Assembly (NCBI GenBank): GCA_951406725.2
Contig: CATOCA020000001.1
Span: 9,858,001 to 9,922,000 of the forward strand
Reading direction: 5' to 3'
Length of the DNA stretch: 64,000 bases
Source: Octopus vulgaris
Taxonomy: Eukaryota
This document shows positions 1-10,199 of this stretch, in pieces. The notes beneath the pieces were generated by a model. It saw only the letters and a program-made list of their open reading frames with translations. It ran no database searches and had not been told where the DNA came from. Position 1 is the first letter of the stretch, and the number at the start of each line of letters is the position of its first letter. Made by a program: the position numbers and the translations under genes.

Positions 1-3000
1 TAGGCATGCGACTGTCCTGCATGCGGCAGACGTGTCCGAGCCAGCGCAGTCGTCTCCGCACGAGGAGGGCATGCATGCTTGGCATATTAGTCTGTTCCAG
101 GATGACTCCGTTTGGTACTGGGTCCTTCCAGGAGATGCCAAGGATCCGTCGAAGACACCGCATGTGGAAGCCGCTGAGGCGGCATTCCTGCCGGGTGTAT
201 GTTGTCCAGCTCTCGCTGCCGTAGAGTAGGGTGCTCAGCACGCAGGCTCGGTACACTGCGATCTTGGTGGTTATTGTGAGCATGTTGTTTTCCCACACTC
301 TCCTGGAGAGCTTAGCCATGGCAGCAGCAGCCCTCCCAATCCGTCTGTTCAGCTCCGGCTCGAGGGACAGGCTGCTGGAGACCGTCGATCCCAGGTAAGT
401 GAACTCGTTCACCACCTGCAAGCTGTGGTCGCCGACACTGATGCTGGGGACCCCTCCGACGTCCTGGCCCATGATCTCTGTCTTTTTCAGGCCGATGGTA
501 AGGCCGAACTCTTGGCAGGCATCCGCCAGGGAGCTGAACAGCCTCTGGAGACCCGGCTGGTTGTGTGATGTTAGGGCGGCATCGTCAGCAAAGAGGACCT
601 CTCTGATCAGCACCTGACGGACTTTGGTCTTAGCTCTGAGGCGCGCAAGATTGAACAACCCACCATCAGCTCTGGTGTGGAGGAACACTCCGTCGTCGGA
701 CGTTCTGAAGGCATAGGACAGGACAAGGGAGAAGAAAATTCCGAAGAGCGTCGGCGCCAGAACGCAACCCTGTTTCACTCCACTCTGGATGGCGAACGAC
801 TCCGAGGGCAATCCGTCAAACTGCACTGTTCCCTGCATACCGTCGTGAAAGGAGGTGATGAGTTTCAGCAGTCTGGGAGGGCAACATATCCTACCCAGGA
901 GCGCAAACAGCCCCTCCCTGCTGACTGAGTCGAACGCCTTAGCCAGGTCGATGAAGGCCACGTATAGGGGCTGTCTCTGTTCTCGACTCTTTTCTTGAAG
1001 CTGCCTGAGTGAGAAGATCATGTCGATTGTAGACCTCTCTGCCCTAAAGCCAGACTGAGACTCGGGGTACACACGCTCTGCAAGCATTTGCAACCTCTTC
1101 AGGACCACCCTGGCAAATGCCTTACCGACAGTGCTGAGCAGGGATATGCCCTTGTAATTATTACAGTCGCTTCTGTCCCCTTTGTTTTTATACAGTGTGA
1201 TGATGTTTGCGTCACGCATATCCTTAGGGACAGAGCCCTCCGCCCAGCACTGACAGAGCAGCTCGTGGAGATGGCCCAGAAGGGCTGGCTTCCCGCACTG
1301 GATGACTTCTGCGGGGATGCCGTCTTGCCCTGGTGCCTTGCCCCGAGCGAGTGAGTCAATTGCTTTGCTCAGTTCTTCCTTTGTTGGAGGCAGGTCAAGC
1401 TCCTCCATGACAGGCAGAGCAGGAATGCCGGCGAGGGCAGACCTGGTGACCACATTCTCAGTGGAGTAGAGGTTCTGGTAATGCTCGACCCACCTCTCTA
1501 TCTGCTTCGCTTGGTCCTTGATGACCTCGCCATCCCTGGACTTCAGTAAAGCAACCTTGCTGACAGTGGGCCTGAATGCTTTCTTCATCCCCTCGTACAT
1601 CCCTTTCACGTTACCACTGTCAGCACAGCACTGGATGTTCTGGCATAGGTTCTGCCAGTAGATGTTGGCGCAACGTCTGGCCGTCCTCTGGGCGTCACTT
1701 CTGGCTGTTCTTAGAGTAGCCAGGTTCTTTTCTGATGGGTCGCGCTTATAGTTGACCAGTGCTTCCCTCTTGGCAGCAATGACAGGCTCCATCTCAGGCA
1801 GGTGAGCCTCAAACCAGTCTTGATTTCTCCGCTCCCTCTTTCCTAGGGATGACATGACTATTCTGCAAGTGGTGTCGCGAATAAGCTGCCATCTCTCCTC
1901 GATGGACGTGGCTGCGTGATCTTTAAGGGCCTCCTCCATGCGGTTGGTGAATTCCGAGCGGAGGTCGGGGTTGGTTGTCCTGGCGGTGTTGATGCGTGGG
2001 CGGCTTTTCCCTACGGGACGGCGGATTTTCTTTGGGGCCAATCGGACCCTACTGCACACCAGAGAGTGGTCTGTATCACAGTCAGCACCATGGTAGCTGC
2101 GTGTGAGAAGCACACTGCCGAGGTGGGCTCGCCGGGTGATGACCATGTCCAGTTGGTGCCAGTGTCCTTGGGTGCCTCCATGAGACCCGGTGTTGTGGCT
2201 TAGTCGTGAAGAATGTGTTGGTAACGCAGAGTTTCCGGTAAGAGCAAAGCTCCAACAGTCTCTGGCCATTCTCATTCATCTTCCCCACGCCAAAGCGTCC
2301 AAGGCAGTCTGGCCATGCCCCATGATCGAATCATCCCACCCTTGCGTTGAAGTCGTCCAGAAGGAAGATGGGCTCCGACCCTGGTATCTGGCTGATGGTG
2401 GCGCCGAGCTCCTCATAGACCCGGTCTTTTATTTTCTGAGGAGAGTGGAGTGTTGGGGCATAAGCACTAATTATGTTTACCTTCCCCGTTGATGTTGCAA
2501 GGCCAAGAGTGAGGATGCGCTCTGAGCCATTTGAAGGAGGGATCGCCATGGGGAGCAAGCTGTTCCTCACGGCAAACCCCACGCCATGCTGGCGGGCCTC
2601 CTCGACGGGTCTCCCCTGCCAGTAGAAGGTGTAGTCCTTCTCCCGTAGCATGCCGTCTGCGGTGAGCCTGGTCTCTTGCAGCGCGGCTATGTCGATGTTC
2701 AGCCTTTTCAATTCGGTGTTGATGACTGCTGTCTTCCTACTGTCGTTCATCTGTCGTAGATCGTCAATGATGCCAGGGCACATGGTCCTGACATTCCAGG
2801 TGGCCAGTCGCAAGACTGGAGACTGGGTATTTGTTTTTCCTTTGTTTGCTGGTGCAGGGTTTTCAGTCTGCTTTTCAGATTTTGTCCTAGCTCCAAGCAC
2901 CCATTGAAGCGGGCAGTCTGTGGCGGCTTAGCACCATTATTGGCCGGGGGCTGCCCAGCTTAAGGCGGGCGGTAGCTGACCAGTGGGACTTCAATGATCC

Positions 3001-3638
3001 CTCCCACCGTTAGAGACCCGTAGCGCCCGGGATTACGCCAATTCACCCTGGCTTAAAACTCGTAACTGCCATCTCAGCTTGTTCCATCGATGGAGTAGTT
3101 TCTCCATGGCGCAAGCCTGGGCGGTAGGAACGAAGACACTGGGCTGCCCAGACACCAGAATCTCCCTCTCGGGCCCCCAGACATAATCCAAAGGAATGCA
3201 GTGCAGTACGTTTGGAGTCTGGTTGGCTGCAGGAGTTGCCGGAAAAGGGTCGAGATTCGACACCCTACCGCCTTCAGGGCTCCACTCCGGATTTTCTGTC
3301 TGGGTTTACTCCCATAGCCTTTCCCTCTCCCAAGAGCATCCGCAAGGCAGCGGAGCGAGGGTTTGGAGTCAGAGTTTTCCTTCTCCTAGACTGGCTGTCA
3401 ACCAAGGCTAACGAGCCCAGTCTGCCCACCCGGTTATACCGCCAAGCACCCGGTCGCGCCACACAGCAGGCTCAGTGAGAACAGGGGGTACCGCGTGAAG
3501 GTGCTGCTGTGGACACAGTAGTGCAGGAGAGGCCATAAGCAAGAACTTTCCACAAGGCGCAGCCAGGTAGAAGTTCTGCAGCGATCATTACACCTGGAGA
3601 GGAGAGGCTATGAGAGACGCAATCATTTTCCTTTGCCC

Positions 3639-3640
<2 letters not shown>
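1..3640 (-). mobile_element. RTE-clade (BovB/Expander-like) non-LTR retrotransposon, 5' UTR plus APE endonuclease and RT; continues off the left edge
   Basis: ORF 2331-2900 has APE motifs (LRLATWNVRTM, IAALQETR, GVGFAV, DFNARVG). Downstream pieces read NENGQRLLELC and SYHGADCDTDH, and RT motifs GVKQGCVLAPTLF and LFADDAAL lie at ~575-790. Frameshifts near 2335 and 2170-2190. Long GC-rich 5' UTR ending at a (TA)n tract. Confidence 0.93.
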
Positions 3641-3641
<1 letters not shown>

Positions 3642-3713
<72 letters not shown>

Positions 3714-3735
3714 TATATATATGTATATATATATA
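3642..3735. repeat. (TA)n microsatellite
   Basis: Direct reading. Confidence 0.95.
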
Positions 3736-4015
3736 CAAATTGATATAGGGTTTAATAAAGTATTATCTGATAATTGATATTTGATTTAGATGTATTTCTC
3801 CATAAGTATGTATATATATAATATATTTGTGTGTGTGTGTGTGTATATATATATATGTAGTTGTATATATTTAACAAGATATTTAACTAGATAAAGGTTT
3901 TTATTTTTCATGGACTTGAAAATTTGCTAGAAAATGAAGGATCGTGGCAAAGTTTGGCTGCTATTTCTAGCATGTAAAAATTACCTGTTAATGGGCAATT
4001 TTCTATTTTGAAATG

Positions 4016-4023
<8 letters not shown>

Positions 4024-4058
<35 letters not shown>

Positions 4059-4555
4059 GTGTGTTTTTGTGTGTGTGTGTGTGTGTTTGTGTGTGTGTGT
4101 GCGCGAGCGTGCGTGTGTGTGTGTGTGTGTGTGCGTGTCTGTGCGTGTGTGACTGTATTTTCAATTGCGTGTGTGTATGTGTGCGTTTGTGCCTTTCGAC
4201 ACCAGTGCGTGCGTGCGTAACGACACACACACAAACACTCACACACATTCATGCACAAAATTGAAAATGCACAGTTACACACTGAAACACTCACACACAG
4301 AAACGAAAATACACACGCACACATAATTAAAACCAGTCATAAACACACACAGAAATGAAAATACTCAGACACACTCACACTCACACACGCACACACACAT
4401 ACGGACAAACACACACACACACAAATGAAAATACACAGTTACACACTCACACACACACGCCCACACGCATACACTAGCGCGCGCACACACATACACACGC
4501 ACAAACAATGAACTGGAAACTCGCGCGCACGCAGACACAGAAATGAAAACACACA
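4024..4555. repeat. (GT)n-rich tract followed by (CA)n-rich tract with recurring ACAGAAATGAAAA(T)ACAC spacers
   Basis: Strand polarity of the dinucleotide repeat switches at ~4220. Confidence 0.8.
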
Positions 4556-4587
4556 TATGTGTGTGTGTTTGTGTGTGTGTATGTATG

Positions 4588-5085
4588 AATAGATTTGGTA
4601 GATGGAAACTGAAAGAAGCCCATCGTATATAAATGTATACATATATGTGTGTGTGAGTGTGTGTGTCTGTTTCCCCTCACCCTCCAACATCGCTTGACAA
4701 GAACCGCTAGGCTTAAAGATAATGTCTTGGGATTGATTTGCTCGACTAAATGCGGTGCTCCAGCATGCCACAGTCAAATGACTGAAACAAGGAAAATCAA
4801 AACATATATATATATATATGTTCTTTTATTTTACTTGTTTCAGTCATTTAATTGTGGCCATGCTGGAGCACCGCATTTAGTCAAGCAAATCGATCAGGCC
4901 TTCAAGAAGGATATCCATATGCTAGAAATAGCAGGCAAAGTCGACCTCGGCGGAATTTGAACTCAGAGCGTAGCGGCAGCCGAAATACCTATTTCTTTAC
5001 TACCCATAAGAGGCTAAACACAGAGGGGACAAACAAAGACAGACATACGGATTAAGGCGATTATATCGACGCCATTGCGTAACTG

Positions 5086-5090
<5 letters not shown>
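4588..5090. mobile_element. Cluster of partial octopus SINE fragments on both strands
   Basis: Matches in-window SINE motifs GATTTGGTAGA(C/T)GGAAACTGAAAGAAG, GGTGCTCCAGCATG, and GGCAAAGTCGACCTCGGCGGAATTTGAACTCAG. Confidence 0.8.
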
Positions 5091-5160
<70 letters not shown>

Positions 5161-5246
5161 CAAATTGAGACAGGGTTTAATAAAGTATTATCTGATAATT
5201 GATTAATGATTTAGATGTATTTCTCCATTTTCTCATGTTGTATATG

Positions 5247-5296
<50 letters not shown>

Positions 5297-5300
<4 letters not shown>

Positions 5301-7095
5301 TAGATAAACTTAGATATGTTTCGACCAAAGATTGGTCCAGGCCATGTCTAACTTAATAGCACCACCTGATAGGATTATTTGAATCCTGTTTAAGTCAAGT
5401 TTTGTTTAAGTCAAGTTTTGTTTAAGTCAAGTTTTGTTCAAGTAGTGAGTTCTTGTTGGGTGAGTTGTATCCAGTTTTGTTCAAGTAGTGAGTTCTTGTT
5501 GGGTGAGTTATATCCAATTATGGGTGGCTTATCTGGTATTCTTTGAAGGAATCTATCCAGACTCTGTTTAAAGTTGATGGGATCCTTTTCCTCTTTGATC
5601 TCTCTCGGGACAATGTTAAATAGGGCAGGGCCTGTTGAGGAAAAGAAATTGTGCTGCAGTGTACATGTATGTTGTGATCTTGAATTGGGCAGGGGACGTA
5701 TAGCCCGTGGTCCAAGTCTTGGATGAACTTGAAGCTAATGTTTAGGTCGTTTGGGCAAAGTTGACGGTATATTTTCCACATCGTACAAATGATGTACCGC
5801 TCACGGCGACGCTGGAGGGAGTAAAGTTTCAAGGCTTTAAGGCGATCCCAATAATCGAGAGCAGCCATGCCTTCAATGCGTTTAGTGAGTGCCCTCTGGG
5901 GTGACTCAATTCTGGAGATGTTTTGTCTTGTGTGAGGAGACCACAGTGGGCAGCAGTATTCAAGGTGTGGCCGTACAAAGGAGGAAAAAAGTGATATGAT
6001 GACACCTTGTTCTCTGGACCGGAAAGTTCTTAAGATCCAGGAACTCATCCTACGAGCTATATCGACCTTCTTGTTGATGTGTGCACTCCAACTGAGATCG
6101 TCATCAACAATTACACCCAGGTCTCTGATATTGTTAGAGGCTGTGAGCGGTTCCCCTGAAGGAAGAGAGTATGGCTGTTTTAGTGAGGAGTTTCTTCCAA
6201 AATGCATCAGCTCAAATTTTCCCTCGTTCAGTTGCATTTTGTTTCTGTCTGCCCATTGACTCACAGCATATAGATCAGACTGGAGTTGAGTTCGGTCTGC
6301 TTCTTCATTGACGATTTGCTGGAGTTGGTGTCATCAGCAAATATTTTCACTTTGCAGTAATGTACGACACTGGAAAGATCGTTTATGTTGATTATGAAGA
6401 GTAGCGGACCCAAGACAGTCCCCTGGGGGACACCGCTGGTGACTTTTGCTGGGCTTGAGTGGACTCCATCAACTACAACATGTGTTCTATTCGCCAGGAA
6501 ATACTCAATCCAGTGTAGAACTTTTCCACGGATTCCAACATTTGCCAATTTTGAGAGTAGGATATTATGGTCTACCCTGTCGAACGCTTTACTGAAGTCA
6601 AGATATATGACATCAGAGTTCGAACCTGTTCCCAAGGCTTTGAGTACATCTTCAATGTGGTGTAAGAGCTGTGTTAGACAGTCCCTGCCACAGCGAAAGC
6701 CATGCTGATTTGCATTTAGTAGTTTCTGGGTCTCCAGGAAGTCAGCCATCCTTGATCTTAACACTCTTTCAAACACTTTGATGATGTGGGAGGTGAGTGA
6801 GATTGGGCGATAGTTGAGTGCGAGGGATCCGTTTCCCTGTTTGAAAACCGGGATGATTGACTGGGATAGAAACTGTTTTGGTATATAACCTGCATCTAAT
6901 GAATTCCTCCATAGGTTGGTCAGTGGGACAGCAAGTTGGTGTTTACATTCCTTCAGGAGACTAACGGGGAATCTATCAGGGCCTACGGCAGAGTAGTATT
7001 TGACCTCATTTATTGCTGCTACGATGCCAGTGGGAGTGAAGGTTATGTCTGCAATTTTGTGTTGGGAGTCACTAAAGACAGCAGTATTGTTTCTG
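5297..7095 (-). mobile_element. 5'-truncated CR1/L2-group LINE (RT domain, 3' UTR and short tandem tail), frameshifted
   Basis: ORFs 6261-7247 and 5518-6264 carry NYRPISLTS, QHGFR, YLDFSKAFDRV, SGVPQGTVLGPLLF, FADD, RDLGV and YSLQRRRER. (ATCTAAGTTT)-type tail at ~5297-5318. Small tandem duplications at 5386-5517. Confidence 0.92.
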
Positions 7096-7441
7096 CAATA
7101 TATATAGAGAGAGAAACATGTATATACATATAGATATTTATATATATGTATATGTGTGTATGTTTCGGTGTCCCCAAAACCGCTGGACAACCAATGCCGG
7201 TGTTTTTTACACTCCATTAACTTATCCGTTCGGGAAAAGAAGACCAACAGAATTAATGCTAGACTGACGCAGATAAAAGTCTTAGTGTCGATTTGCTCTA
7301 GAAAAGGCTGTGCTCCAGCATTGGCACAGTGAAATGACTAAACAAGGAAAAGAGTAAAAGTGTATGCGTTACGTCTGAACATTGTATTGTAGAGTTAATT
7401 AGCTTCCATAATACATTTTGATGATAGTTGTCATGTAACTA

Positions 7442-7809
7442 AATGTAAGGGAGGTAACTTTTGAAGATTTTTAGTTATCTCCTTTCTAGAGTTACTCCCC
7501 TTGAATATTATAATTTAACAATAGATAATAGTAATTTAATTAGATGTAAGGGAAGTAACTCTGGAAGATTTTAAAGTTATCTTCCTTCGTAGAGTTACTT
7601 ACCTTGCATATTTAATAATATGCAAGGGGGAGTAACTCTAGAAAGGGCAATAATTAAAAAATCTTCCAGAGTTACCGCCCTTACATCTAATAAAATTACT
7701 TTTACGTATTATTAAATTATAATATTCAAGGGAAGTAACTCTAGGAAGGGAAATAAGTACAAATTTTTCCAGAGTTACTTCCCTTACATTGTAACGTAAT
7801 AACGTTACA
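7442..7809. repeat. Fold-back (palindromic) element built from four AAGGGA(A/G)GTAACTCT...AGAGTTAC(T)CCCTT hairpin modules
   Basis: Axis at ~7614 (CCTTGCATATT-TAAT-AATATGCAAGG). Outer arms 7442-7472 and 7761-7790 are reverse complements. Extra hairpin TGTAACGT-AATA-ACGTTACA at 7790-7809. Confidence 0.8.
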
Positions 7810-7810
7810 A

Positions 7811-7900
7811 TTAGGGTTTAGGGTTAGGTTGGGCTTAGGGTTTAAGGTTAAGGGTTTAGGGTTAGGGTTAGTGTTTAAGGTTAGGGGTTGGGGTTAAGGG
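7811..7900 (+). repeat. Degenerate (TTAGGG)n tract
   Basis: TTAGGG, TTTAGGG, TTAAGG and TTGGGG variants on the + strand. Confidence 0.85.
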
Positions 7901-8040
7901 TTCTTCAAGAGCTGCACTTAATGTTGCGTGTGTCCGTGTTTCTGGGTCGCAATTTTTGAAACATTCGTAAAGCATCAGGTAGACTTGTTTTACAGCGTCA
8001 ATAGACTCATCATCAATTTTCAGTTCAGTTGTATCAACTC
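7901..8040 (-). pseudogene. Truncated exon encoding a death-domain-like peptide
   Basis: Acceptor TTTTTTTAG on the - strand, then (G)VDTTELKIDDESIDAVKQVYLMLYECFKNCDPETRTHATLSAALEE. This fits the death-fold pattern LG..I..(E)Q.Y.ML..W....AT...L..AL. The frame runs into the telomeric tract. Confidence 0.55.
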
Positions 8041-8922
8041 CTAAAAAAATAGCTGCGAAATACGCAACAATAAGAAATAAATGCAACAACCTTAACAATA
8101 TTAACAATAATATAAAAGATGTGTGTTGTTATAAACATAACAAAGAAACTATTTCAAGAGAGAAATATAAAAAATATAGCTAAGAAACAAGAAAACTATA
8201 AGACATTGTTATTTATATCTTTATAAATCCGAGTAAAATTACATAATGGATTTTAAAAAAACAAAGAAAAAATGAAAAAAAATTTATGTTCCTGAAACAA
8301 AAAAGTGAAACAGAATGTATACTCATACGTGTGTGTATTGTGTCGATGTATATATAATAAAAAAACAGTCTATATATTTATACTGGTGACAAGTGCGAGT
8401 GTCAATAGTTTATTATACATTGATTCGTATATGGCTTCCTTTATTGAATTCTAATTCAGAAAGATTGAAATCAATTCACTATTCACGAGTGAGTTCATAT
8501 TCTTATGTATATGTACATATAAACACATTAAACAAGAAAGAATGTCTTTATGTATTGTCATGCGTGTGTTTATATGTGTGTGCGTGTGTTATATTAGTTC
8601 TCAACAAGACATATTGGTACAATGTTATCAAGGTAACAATGTCTTTATTATTATTATTATTATTATTATTACGTTCTGAGTTCAAATTCCGCCGAGGGGT
8701 CCTACCGGGGTCGATTAAATAAGTACCAGTTACGCGCTGGGGTCGATGTAATCGAATTCTGGTTTGCACGCACAACGGTAGGAACCTAGGAAATTCTGAC
8801 ATATGGCACCATAACGACAAGGTTTCCTTAAAAACTCGTTGATGTCTGAAAAATGAAGCAGAAATTTTATTATTTTCAAAATTATTTGAAGCAAAGAAAG
8901 AGTATTTCAATGGAAATTGAGC

Positions 8923-9590
8923 CCTAACTCTACCCCTAACCCCTAACCCGAACCCCTTCTGTAACACTGAACCCCCGAGACCACTTCTGTGACCACCCGA
9001 GACCCCATCTGTGACCCCACTTCTAGAGACTAACCCAAACCCCTGACCATGTGAGCCCCTCATCCCTGTGACAAGCGAGACCCCTTCCTGTGCCCAACCA
9101 ATTCCGGAGACCCCACCAATTCCGGAGACCCCACCAATTCCCGAGACCCCAACAATTCCCGAGACTAACACTAACCCTAACTCTAACCCGAACCCATTCT
9201 GTAACCCTGAACCCCCGAGACCACTTTTGTGACCACCAGAGACCCCATCTGTGACCCAAATTCCAGAGACTAACCCAAACCCCTGACCATGTGAGCCCCT
9301 CATCCCTGTGACAAGCGAGACCCCACTAATTCCCGAGACCCCACAAATTCCGGAGACCCCACAAATTCCGGAGACCCCACAAATTCCCGAGACCCCACAA
9401 ATTCCAGAGACCCCACTAATTCCCGAGACCCCACAAATTCCCGAGACCCCACAAATTCCCGAGATCCCACAAATTCCCGAGACCCCACAAATTTCCGAGA
9501 CCCCACAAATTCCCGAGACCCCACAAATTCCCGAGACCCCACAAATTCCCGAGACCCCACAAATTCCCGAGACCCCACAAATTCCCGAGA
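8923..9590. repeat. Telomere-associated satellite: two ~240-bp units with an expanded 18-mer (GAGACCCCACAAATTCCC)
   Basis: Units start at ~8947 and ~9187, each bounded by CCCTAA-like repeats. About 15 copies of the 18-mer at 9317-9590. Confidence 0.9.
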
Positions 9591-9899
9591 CTAACCCTAA
9601 CCCTAACCCTAACCCTAACCCCAACCCAACCCAACCCAACCCTAACCCTAACCCTAACCCTAACCCTAACCCTAACCCCAACACCAACCCCAACCCCAAC
9701 CCAAACCCAAACCCTAACCCTAACCCTAACCTAAACCCAACCCAACCCAACCCAACCCAACCCAACCCAACCCTAACAACCCAACCCAACCCAACCCAAC
9801 CCAACCCAACCCAACCCTAACACTAACCCTAACCCTAACCCAACCCCAACCCTAACCCTAACCCTAACCCTAACCCTAACCCTAACCCTAACCCTAACC

Positions 9900-9971
<72 letters not shown>

Positions 9972-9997
9972 CCATAAACCTAACCCTAACCCTAACC

Positions 9998-10038
<41 letters not shown>

Positions 10039-10154
10039 CCCTAACCCTAACCCTAACCCTAACCCTAACCCTAACCCTAACCCTAACCCTAACCCTAACC
10101 CTAACCCTAACCCTAACACTAACCCTAACCCTAACCCTAACCCTAACCCTAACA

Positions 10155-10189
<35 letters not shown>

Positions 10190-10197
10190 CCCCTAAC
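9591..10197 (-). repeat. Interstitial telomeric array, (CCCTAA)n on + / (TTAGGG)n on -
   Basis: About 600 bp. CCCAA/CCCCAA variants at 9620-9850, near-perfect CCCTAA at 9850-10197. Confidence 0.96.
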
Positions 10198-10199
10198 AA

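Noticed and set aside
5318-5350. Hammerhead-like motif in the LINE 3' UTR (minus strand CUGGACCAAUCUUUGGUCGAAAC)
   Set aside because: It lacks the CUGANGA core and stems I and III, and is better explained as the usual LINE 3' stem-loop.
9317-9590. CRISPR-like array
   Set aside because: Contiguous tandem 18-mers with no unique spacers, no cas genes, and a eukaryotic context.
8548-9820. Long Gly-rich and PETPQI-repeat ORFs
   Set aside because: Translations of the 18-bp satellite and telomeric hexamers, whose unit lengths are multiples of 3.
9591-10197. Programmed chromosome fragmentation or DNA elimination site
   Set aside because: One junction in one assembly cannot support a programmed process. 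Germline versus soma read comparison would be needed.
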